Source: an uncultured Alphaproteobacteria bacterium (GTDB lineage Bacteria > Pseudomonadota > Alphaproteobacteria > CAAHEQ01 > UBA3637). Taken from it: 58,851 nt of DNA. The notes beneath the pieces were generated by a model. It saw only the letters and a list, made by a program, of their open reading frames with translations. It searched no databases and was not told where the DNA came from. Numbering within the stretch: the first letter of the stretch is position 1; every line of letters begins with the position of its first letter. The stretch spans positions 1 to 58,851 of the forward strand of contig CASECF010000060.1 of the NCBI GenBank assembly GCA_949286245.1, in the 5' to 3' direction. Shown one piece after another: positions 1 through 8,035 of this stretch. The position numbers and the translations under genes were made by a program.

Positions 1-129
1 GGATATTATGTCGATACAGCCGGAAAAAATGATAAAAAGATAGCGGAATACATCAAAAATCAGTTAAAAGAAGATGCTGAAAATAGTCAACTTACTTTAG
101 ATTTAGACCCGTTTACGGGTAGCAAGTAA
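1..129 (+). CDS. tnpA: IS200/IS605-family (Y1/HUH) transposase TnpA, last 42 codons only; the rest lies left of the window
   Basis: Frame 1 from nt 1 reads GYYVDTAGKNDKKIAEYIKNQLKEDAENSQLTLDLDPFTGSK, then TAA at 127-129. This is colinear with the conserved C-terminus of IS200/IS1541 TnpA (..RGYYVDTVGKNTAKIQDYIKHQLEEDK...SPFTGRK). It is absent from the ORF track because the window edge cuts it. Confidence 0.85.
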   Translation, partial: GYYVDTAGKNDKKIAEYIKNQLKEDAENSQLTLDLDPFTGSK

Positions 130-205
130 TTGTCGCCCGGTCAGATTGTTGTACGCCCTTAAGGCGTTCGCTGGTATTTTGAGCCTTACAGGCGTTAATG
201 CAGAA

Positions 206-236
206 CCGCCGGCTAGGCCGGTGGGTTTCTTTTTTA
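206..236 (+). terminator. Terminal GC-rich hairpin plus T-run of the IS right end (terminator-like)
   Basis: An 8-bp GC-rich stem (206-213 pairing with 217-224, one G-U) is followed by gtttcttttttatt. Confidence 0.5.
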
Positions 237-395
237 TTCTAAAATAAAAAAGTAGGAAAGTTTTAAAATAAACATTTTAAGAGGATTCTTAAAAAATCAG
301 AAACATTATCCCCAGAAAACCCATCATCTTTCCACAAGAAGAAGATAAAAACAATTGAGATCATTAATAAGAGAAGAAACGTCTATACAAAAAAA

Positions 396-1385
396 TCAAG
401 TGACTTCCGTAACGGCACGAATATTACCATCTCGATTAATTTGAACAACCCGTAATTTCTCTTTCATTTCTTTATATGTTTTTTCACGGTCCGTCGTGGG
501 ATAAGAATGTAAAATTCGACCAATAAACGCTTTGTAGGCGGCATCCGGATTTTCCGCATGAATAGTTGCAAAACAGTTATCATGACCCGAACCCATCAGC
601 TCCCAAATAGCCCCAGCATTGGACGTTGAAATTTCACCTCCGATAATAGCATCCGGTGTAAACCGAACAGCAAGGTCAATCACACGCTTATAATCAAATG
701 CATTCGTTAGTTCCGTACGAGGGAGAACAATATGGACACGATTCTTATGAGGAACGATCAACTCTCTCGTATCCTCAATCGTTAAAATTCTTTTATGTGA
801 ATCCAGCAGTTTAATCAAGTTATTTAAAAATGTTGTTTTTCCCGTTGCGGTAGCACCACTGACCAAAACGTGATCTCCCCGTTTAATCGATAAAAGCAAT
901 CGGTCAAAAGGATCATCCGGATCTTCCACCTGTTTTAATTTGTTGATCGGTCTCAATCGCTCTCCCTGATCAAATCCGAAATCTTTAAAGGAAATTGGTA
1001 AATCTTCCTTATAGACACGAATAGCCATAGCGATTCCACCTGTCAAATCATTATTATCATACATAACATTTCGACCAGCAATTCCCGAAAAACGGTGTCC
1101 TCCGGGGAGTGTTGCATAAACAACGGGAGTTCCTTGTTCCGGATCAAATGCATAATCATAGGTGTTAGCAATAATATAGAGGATATTATTGAGATATTCT
1201 CTGGTTAACTTAGGTTCTTCATAATAATGCCACGGATATGTATGGCGACCTCTCAAACGAAGCCAAATACCTCCCGGAGAATTAACAGCGACTTCTTCCA
1301 CATTGTCCTGATTATACCAGTATGATAAGGGGCGCAACGCCGACTCTAAAACTCGGTAAGTATCGGTTATAGACAACTCCCCCAT
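396..1385 (-). CDS. virB11: Type IV secretion traffic ATPase VirB11
   Basis: 329 aa. Walker A is VSGATATGKTTFLN, and the Asp/His boxes are ILTIEDTRE and GHDNCFATIHA. It lies 13 nt downstream of virB10 with an SD (gagaaagggtg). Confidence 0.9.
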   Translation of the reverse strand: MGELSITDTYRVLESALRPLSYWYNQDNVEEVAVNSPGGIWLRLRGRHTYPWHYYEEPKLTREYLNNILYIIANTYDYAFDPEQGTPVVYATLPGGHRFSGIAGRNVMYDNNDLTGGIAMAIRVYKEDLPISFKDFGFDQGERLRPINKLKQVEDPDDPFDRLLLSIKRGDHVLVSGATATGKTTFLNNLIKLLDSHKRILTIEDTRELIVPHKNRVHIVLPRTELTNAFDYKRVIDLAVRFTPDAIIGGEISTSNAGAIWELMGSGHDNCFATIHAENPDAAYKAFIGRILHSYPTTDREKTYKEMKEKLRVVQINRDGNIRAVTEVT

Positions 1386-1398
1386 ATTTCACCCTTTC

Positions 1399-4300
1399 TC
1401 AAAATAATCTGTTGGAAGAAGATCCTGCTTTAGGTAATACCGGTTTAGAAACACGATTCGTTAAATCCTCTTGTTTCTTCTGTCCATCATAAATAGAAGC
1501 AGCTTCTAAGTGTTCTTGTGCAGGATCAGAAGAATTAGAGGTTATTTGCTCTCCTTCCGGCATATCCGAGGTAGCGAACTCTTCTTCAGGATAGTAATAC
1601 GAATCATCCGGTTCATAATACTCTTCCTCGTACCCCATATCCGATCCTGAATCCAATGTTGTCGTACCGGCTGAATCATAGGATTGCAAATTTGGACTTC
1701 TTTTATCGACCCAAGATCCCGTAGTTGGCTTTTGAGCCGCAGAAGAATCCTTCCCATAGGTTTCCTCATAATCCGCCACATCGTCATCTTCCGATCTAAG
1801 CCACAAATCCTCATTAGAGAACACAGTCACTCTTGTGCCCGATGGAACGTACACAATAGGAGGAATATCCGTTGACTCATCAATTAATTGCTGGAAGATT
1901 TGATCCATCGCATTGATGAAGTTCTCGCGAGCATCACTGGCAGCCTCAGATTTAGAACTTGTTGTTTGCGTGCCATTTTCCGTTGTCGTCACATCATCGT
2001 TTACAGCCATCATGTAAGATATTGCAGATGTGACGGTTGAGGTTAAGACCGGTTTTCCATACTTTTTCATCAACTGTTCATCCAAGTACGCAGCCACGCC
2101 ACCTCGTCCTTGAGCATCTCCGGAAACGCCTTGGAAAATGAAGGCTCCGCCATCCGGTCGAACCAATCTCTCCCAAGTAATATCAAGTTTTGCAACATGA
2201 TTTTCACCTTGACCGGACTCAGCCTTTCCGATAATACGGCTTCCGGCCGGTATTAGGATGTTTCGACCTGATTCAGAATAAATATGTCGTTCAACAATCG
2301 CAGTCACAGGAACATCAACATATCGAGAATCGATAGAGCGAACAATAACAGCCGGAATAGCTTTATCCTTCATAATCATGCGTGACATATCCACCGGCCA
2401 CGAAGACACAATCCGAGGTAATCCCCAATTTGGATCTTGTTTTTTCTTAGATTTTGCCAACAACTTTCCATCCGGTTTAATAACTTTAGAAATCCCCTGA
2501 CGCATACTGGCTCGTTTTTGTGCCAATAACTGTTGCATTTGAGCCACTTGTTCCGGTGTCACTTCTGTTTTCTTGTCCAAATCCGGACGTGTTCGACCTT
2601 GCGAATCGGCACCCGTCAATAATCTGTTATCCATAGAATACGGACGGCCATCTTCTCCCATATATCCGATAACTGTTCCGGTTTCATCAATAATAGATCC
2701 GTTATTAATCGTAAAAGCCTTTTTTCCGATAAAGATTCGTCGTCCGGCGCTTCCCGAACCATCGGCACCCCCTAAACCTGTAGTTGTCTTGATTCCGCAC
2801 CGATCCAATCTCGGATTTGTTCCGCCGACACTTCCCATTTCAGAACCATCCGGAGCTAATAACTTGCCATCACCCAAAACCGTTCCGAAAACTTCTCCGT
2901 TCAAGTCAATGATAGATCCGTCGGCCATAATCGAAGCTATTTTTTCTCCATAGTTGTTCAAAACGTCACATCCGGAAATAATTCCTAAAACACGACCTTC
3001 CTTATCTCTTAAAACCGTAACCCCATCCAAAGATTTTCCGGACATATCAACGATTTGACCATCCTTCAAACGACCGATTACCTCTCCTGTCACCGGATCC
3101 ACAATATCTCCGTTCGGTAAAACACGAAAGACTGCATTTCCCTGAGGATCCGTAAAAGTACCGTCCAGTCCGAATGTTCCGGAAACCGTTCCGTCAGGAT
3201 GGAAGAAAATTTCCTGATCTTTCGGAATCATGCGTCCGATTACATTTCCTTCTGAATCAACAATCGTTCCCTTTCCATCACCCAAAACCTGACCGATTTT
3301 GGTATTGTTCTTATCAACAACATCACCGTTAAACTTGACACGGCCGATCGGTTTCCCGTCTTCACCAATCGCTAAACCTCGTTCAATCACATGGCCAACA
3401 ACCGCTCCCGTATTATCTACAACGGATCCGTCATTACGAGCACACCCCATATTAACGCCTCGTGTATCAACAACGGTTGAATCCGGTAGCGTACGGCCTA
3501 AAAATTCACCGGTCGGAGATAAAACGGCACCCTTACGCGTCACACGACCAATTCGTTCATTTCGCGTGTTAACAACCCATTTATCCGGTAAAACACGTCC
3601 GACGACCTCTCCTCGTCCGTTAATAACCTGACCGTTATGAGTCGTCTGTCCCACGATTTGACAGTTATTTGTCACAAGCGGATCCGGAACAATTGCTCCT
3701 AAAATTTCCAACTGATGAGATCCTTTAACCGCTCCGTTTACGGCAATTGTCCCTTTTGTTTCTTGAGTGGCAGACTGAATGGTACCATCTCCGGCCAAAA
3801 TACCCAAAACCGTTCCGTCATGAGAAACAGCCGTTCCAAAAGATACAACCGCTCCGGCCAACGGTAATTCTCCGCCTAAAATCGTTCCGTCATCCAAAAT
3901 ACGATAAACCTTCTTATCACTGGCATTAAGAATATCACCGGAAAGAGTTGTTCGTCCCAACACTTCATTATCATATCCAACGGGCAGACCTTGTTTTGTC
4001 AAATTACCGGCATAAGGCATCGTTGTAAAGAGCTCTCGATCACTGACACTCACAGCCACACCGTCTGTCATAATACGAGCAACAACGGCATTATCGCGTG
4101 AAATCAAAGCACCATCTGCCGTCACGACACCAATTTCAAGGGCATCATCATTCACGGCAACACCCATAGGTAAGGCACCTCCAGCCCATAAATTATCTAA
4201 TGTCAACGCAGACCCGAAAGGCATTTGTGTCGCCAATTTCTGATTATCTTTGTTTACAATATTACTCGTTCCCATGCTACGACCGATTAAAGCACCGTTT

Positions 4301-7300
4301 CTACCGATGAAAACACTCGGAGATAAAACAGATCCCGCCAATACGTTTTGGGTATTATAAATCACACCCGTTCCGGTCGACATCCCCTCTAATTTCTCAT
4401 TAAAGACGATTTCACCCGTTTTCATCACCCCGCCTAAAGAGACAAGTGTATTTGTCACCGGGAACCCGATCGGAGCCAATCCGCCCACAACTTCTTTTGT
4501 TAAATTAACAACCAACCCATTGGTCATTACAGACCCTAACGGCTTATTATCATTTGCAATAATGGCCTCTCCGTTTAAATTGCCGATTCCAATTAATTTT
4601 CCGGTTGTGTTATCATTAACAAACGGCAGTTCATCCGATAAACGACCAACCATACGTCCGTTTCGAGCGACGAAAAGAGGTGTGACGGCAGATCCTTGAA
4701 TTTGTCCGTTTAAGTCAACGATCGAACCATCACCGTTCACAAAACCAATACTCTTTTCCATATCGGCAAAAGCAACGGAATCCAACGGGATGTAAGAACC
4801 GACAATTGATCCATTCTGATTAAGAACATGACGATCTAAAGAAATACGACCGACAAAACCCTTATCATTCTCAACGGATCCATCAACACGAACCCATCCG
4901 ATAAACTGTCCGTTCTGATCAACGGCAACACCCGGTTTTAAAAGCTGTCCCATAATTTCTTGATTGGCATTATATACAAACTGAGAAGCCTTCAAAATAC
5001 CTTTATTGGAAGCATCCGGCCCAACAATGCGATTATCAGGAGAAATCGGTCCTAAAAATTGACCGGCAGAATCAACCGCAAATCCACGATTGACCAATGA
5101 TCCCAAAACAACCCCACTTTTATCCAACGCGATACCGCCGGCAACAATATGACCAATTGTGCGACCATCTCTTCCAACTAAATCACCGTCAAAAGAAGAC
5201 CATCCGATTAATTGATTTTGGGTATTTAAATAAGCTCCGACACGGACCAATTTACCGACAACATCACCCTCACTTCCAAGAACAAGTCCAAACGGCGAAA
5301 GCGCCCCTATTTGTCGCCCGTTTTTATCATTGACAGTCCCTTGGTAAGTCGGATATCCGATAACCCCCTCACCACTCATGGCAAGAGAAACATCCGGAAA
5401 AACACCCCCCAAAACTTTTCCATCATTGGAAACAGCTAATCCGTTAGCCAAAACACGACCAATCTTTGTTTTTGCCGGAGATAAGACCTCTCCAGTATCG
5501 GAAATAACACCGACTTCTTTTCCTAAAGAAGAGAAAACCCGACCAGTCGGAATACGCATTCCGATAGGCAAGCCTTCTTGATTCACAACAGATCCATCTG
5601 CACGAATTAACCCGACAACTTCTCCGGCAGACCCCTTGAGAGAACCATCAATTTGCATTGTTCCCAAGACATTGTTATTGAAATCCATAAATACCGTTTT
5701 ATCTGGAATCAACGCCCCGATGATAGCCGTTCTATCCGGATTTAAAGCCGTATAGTCCGGTAAAATAACAGCGATTTTTTCTCCGGTTTCATTAAAAGCG
5801 GCTCCGCTTGCTTTTGAATACCGACCCAGAATTCGTCCGTCAAATGAGAAAACGACTCCATCCGGAACAACAACCCCGAGAATTTTACCGGTTTCACCGA
5901 CAATCCAGCCATTGGGTTGAAGAGTTCCGACTAAAACTCCTTTTTCATCATAAATCTTATCACCGACAATACTCCATCCTTTGGGATTTCCATCCTCACC
6001 CAAAATAACACCTTTACTTTCTTCAGTTCCGACAAGCGTCCCAAGTAGTTTTCCATCTAAGGTCGTCACAGTTCCGTCCGGATTAACACATCCGATCACC
6101 TTTCCCTCTCGATCAATGACTTTTCCGTCCAAACGAACTCGACCAATGACTTTACCGTCTTTATCAACAACCAAACCTTTCGGAGCAATAGAACCAATTA
6201 CTTCCCGTTGTTCGTTCACAACTGTTCTGTCCGGAGTCACACATCCAACAACCGTTCCATTCAAATCAACAACACTTCCGTTAACAGTGATCAATCCCAA
6301 CAAACGACATCCTTCTGCTATTGCCGTTCCTCGTGGAATAACAACACCAACAACTTTATTGTTAAGGTTCATAACATATTTATCAGCCAAAACACGACCA
6401 ACAACCTCGGTCAAATCATTCATAACCGATCCATCCGGATAAACAGAACCGATAACTTGACACCCATAGCCAATCACACGTCCTTTTTCCATAACGGCAC
6501 CAACTTGTCTCTTCCCTGCAGAAACAGAACCATCCGGATTAAGGCAACCAATCATGGCTCCTTTTGCATCAACAGCTTTTCCTTCAGAATTTATAAAACC
6601 TAAAACAGTCCCTTTTTCATCAATAACAAGCCCCTGAGAGATAACAGATCCAATTTCCGTTTGCTCCGCATTCACAACCGATCCATCCAACAAAACGGTT
6701 CCGACAATTTGCTCATAAGAATCTTTTACCTGACCATTCAACAAAACAGTTCCAATTGACTGGCATCCGGATCCAACAGCAACACCTCTCGGGATCAAAC
6801 CACCAATCAACTCGCCGCTTGAATCAATCGCCAATCCTGTTGGTGTAATGGATCCAATTGTTTGTCCCGCTCCATTAACAATCGTTCCATCAGGAATAAT
6901 TCCCCCGATTACTTGTCCCGTAAAATTAGACACAAGTCCCCACGGCCTCAAAAAGCCCAGATGCTTTCCTTCCAAATCAACGACAGAATTGTCAACACGT
7001 GGTTTCCCGATAACAACATTTCCGGCATTCACAACCGTTCCGTCCGTTAATAACTTTCCGATAATTTTTCCCTGATCATCCATAACAGAAACAACGGGGA
7101 CCGCAGCACCCAAAACCTTTAAAGAAGAATCGACAATTGTGTCATCGCCCAACAATCGTCCCAACTTATCCCCATTAGCACTGATAATATCTTGCGTCTC
7201 AGAAATACTTCCCAAAACAGTGTTATCCATACCAAGCGGAATTCGTTTAGGCGTTGCAATTGCGACAATATTTCCGTTTTGATCCACAAAAAGACCATTT

Positions 7301-8007
7301 TCCGTTTCCGTTAACTTCGTCCCATCAGGGAGCGTAATCGTTCCATCCGTAATCTCATGAAGTTTTCCATCTAAGCCCATGGCATATCTCGGCTTCTTTT
7401 CTGCCTGAGCCCGAACATCTTCACAGATAACACAATCTTTCGAATCGGTCGACTGGGCTCGAATATTGACGGCAGTTCGTTCTTCTCTGAAAACGGAAGG
7501 AGAATCTTCTTTCCATCTGATATTCATGATATTTTGTATCTGTCTCAGTGAAACCGGATTCCACAATACTTTAATATTACAAGACGCATCCTTTGCAATC
7601 ACTGCATTCGGGGTACATGTTGTTTCTAACGTAAAGCCATCTTGTTGAACTTCCGCCAAATCCATCCCCAAGAAAAGAATAGGTGCGTTTTCGGCTGTTA
7701 ACGTCACAATTGCCTCTGCCTTTGAGCCGATTACAACATTATTCATATCAACGGTTGTTGGATCAATTTTTAAATTAGCACTACCACGTGGGAAAAGAGA
7801 GGCATCACCGGTTTGACCTAATTGACTGGCACTCAACTCATTATTATATTCAATTGTCGGGCGTTCCTGACGAGATTTTCTTCCCTCCGAGATAAACGCA
7901 AGAGCAATTAAAAAAACAAGCAACAGTCCCAGACCGATCAATAAAAGTCTGCGATTGCTTTTCTTGATATAAATGTCCGATGAACTTAATCCTCTATTTT
8001 CTTTCAT
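1399..8007 (-). CDS. virB10: Giant VirB10/TrbI-family T4SS core protein (2,202 aa)
   Basis: It has an N-terminal TM helix (LLLIGLGLLLVFLIALAFI, aa 21-39). The C-terminal TrbI/VirB10 domain spans aa ~1864-2071 (PRIVSSWPVDMSRMIMKDKAIPAVI...ILIPAGSRIIGK...RLVRPDGG...IVYVPSGTRVTVF). Between them lie ~1,600 aa of 17-residue repeats. Its position between virB9 and virB11 fits. Confidence 0.9.
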   Translation of the reverse strand: MKENRGLSSSDIYIKKSNRRLLLIGLGLLLVFLIALAFISEGRKSRQERPTIEYNNELSASQLGQTGDASLFPRGSANLKIDPTTVDMNNVVIGSKAEAIVTLTAENAPILFLGMDLAEVQQDGFTLETTCTPNAVIAKDASCNIKVLWNPVSLRQIQNIMNIRWKEDSPSVFREERTAVNIRAQSTDSKDCVICEDVRAQAEKKPRYAMGLDGKLHEITDGTITLPDGTKLTETENGLFVDQNGNIVAIATPKRIPLGMDNTVLGSISETQDIISANGDKLGRLLGDDTIVDSSLKVLGAAVPVVSVMDDQGKIIGKLLTDGTVVNAGNVVIGKPRVDNSVVDLEGKHLGFLRPWGLVSNFTGQVIGGIIPDGTIVNGAGQTIGSITPTGLAIDSSGELIGGLIPRGVAVGSGCQSIGTVLLNGQVKDSYEQIVGTVLLDGSVVNAEQTEIGSVISQGLVIDEKGTVLGFINSEGKAVDAKGAMIGCLNPDGSVSAGKRQVGAVMEKGRVIGYGCQVIGSVYPDGSVMNDLTEVVGRVLADKYVMNLNNKVVGVVIPRGTAIAEGCRLLGLITVNGSVVDLNGTVVGCVTPDRTVVNEQREVIGSIAPKGLVVDKDGKVIGRVRLDGKVIDREGKVIGCVNPDGTVTTLDGKLLGTLVGTEESKGVILGEDGNPKGWSIVGDKIYDEKGVLVGTLQPNGWIVGETGKILGVVVPDGVVFSFDGRILGRYSKASGAAFNETGEKIAVILPDYTALNPDRTAIIGALIPDKTVFMDFNNNVLGTMQIDGSLKGSAGEVVGLIRADGSVVNQEGLPIGMRIPTGRVFSSLGKEVGVISDTGEVLSPAKTKIGRVLANGLAVSNDGKVLGGVFPDVSLAMSGEGVIGYPTYQGTVNDKNGRQIGALSPFGLVLGSEGDVVGKLVRVGAYLNTQNQLIGWSSFDGDLVGRDGRTIGHIVAGGIALDKSGVVLGSLVNRGFAVDSAGQFLGPISPDNRIVGPDASNKGILKASQFVYNANQEIMGQLLKPGVAVDQNGQFIGWVRVDGSVENDKGFVGRISLDRHVLNQNGSIVGSYIPLDSVAFADMEKSIGFVNGDGSIVDLNGQIQGSAVTPLFVARNGRMVGRLSDELPFVNDNTTGKLIGIGNLNGEAIIANDNKPLGSVMTNGLVVNLTKEVVGGLAPIGFPVTNTLVSLGGVMKTGEIVFNEKLEGMSTGTGVIYNTQNVLAGSVLSPSVFIGRNGALIGRSMGTSNIVNKDNQKLATQMPFGSALTLDNLWAGGALPMGVAVNDDALEIGVVTADGALISRDNAVVARIMTDGVAVSVSDRELFTTMPYAGNLTKQGLPVGYDNEVLGRTTLSGDILNASDKKVYRILDDGTILGGELPLAGAVVSFGTAVSHDGTVLGILAGDGTIQSATQETKGTIAVNGAVKGSHQLEILGAIVPDPLVTNNCQIVGQTTHNGQVINGRGEVVGRVLPDKWVVNTRNERIGRVTRKGAVLSPTGEFLGRTLPDSTVVDTRGVNMGCARNDGSVVDNTGAVVGHVIERGLAIGEDGKPIGRVKFNGDVVDKNNTKIGQVLGDGKGTIVDSEGNVIGRMIPKDQEIFFHPDGTVSGTFGLDGTFTDPQGNAVFRVLPNGDIVDPVTGEVIGRLKDGQIVDMSGKSLDGVTVLRDKEGRVLGIISGCDVLNNYGEKIASIMADGSIIDLNGEVFGTVLGDGKLLAPDGSEMGSVGGTNPRLDRCGIKTTTGLGGADGSGSAGRRIFIGKKAFTINNGSIIDETGTVIGYMGEDGRPYSMDNRLLTGADSQGRTRPDLDKKTEVTPEQVAQMQQLLAQKRASMRQGISKVIKPDGKLLAKSKKKQDPNWGLPRIVSSWPVDMSRMIMKDKAIPAVIVRSIDSRYVDVPVTAIVERHIYSESGRNILIPAGSRIIGKAESGQGENHVAKLDITWERLVRPDGGAFIFQGVSGDAQGRGGVAAYLDEQLMKKYGKPVLTSTVTSAISYMMAVNDDVTTTENGTQTTSSKSEAASDARENFINAMDQIFQQLIDESTDIPPIVYVPSGTRVTVFSNEDLWLRSEDDDVADYEETYGKDSSAAQKPTTGSWVDKRSPNLQSYDSAGTTTLDSGSDMGYEEEYYEPDDSYYYPEEEFATSDMPEGEQITSNSSDPAQEHLEAASIYDGQKKQEDLTNRVSKPVLPKAGSSSNRLF
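2611..7380 (-). repeat. About 90 tandem, diverged 51-nt (17-aa) coding repeats inside virB10
   Basis: The period is visible by eye: GSIAPKGLVVDKDGKVI / GRVRLDGKVIDREGKVI / GCVNPDGTVTTLDGKLL / GLIRADGSVVNQEGLPI / GMRIPTGRVFSSLGKEV and so on. The consensus is G-x-[ILV]-x-P-D-G-x-[VA]-[VI]-[ND]-x-x-G-x-[VI]-[ILV]. Confidence 0.85.
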
Positions 8008-8035
8008 GGTCGTCCTATTTTTTTATTTTATTTTC

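Larger units (their letters stand above)
1..236 (+). mobile_element. Right-hand part of an IS200-like insertion sequence (tnpA 3' end plus a structured right end of about 105 nt)
   Basis: The tnpA tail is followed by three hairpins: acgcc-cttaa-ggcgt at 153-167, gcc-ttaca-ggc at 183-193, and ccgccggc-tag-gccggtgg at 206-224. A T-run follows. The same architecture recurs, inverted, at 58708-58851. Confidence 0.7.

Noticed and set aside
2573-7648. About a dozen plus-strand ORFs of 60-150 aa (for example 2573-2953, 3299-3631, 5981-6442, 6208-6603) lie opposite virB10, and one nested minus-strand ORF lies at 1542-1814.
   Set aside because: They lie antisense to, or out of frame within, a 6.6-kb repeat-rich ORF with a clear VirB10 identity. 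Their translations are low-complexity (Pro/Ser/Thr- or Asn/Arg-rich) mirror images of the 17-aa repeat. They have no SD or start context.
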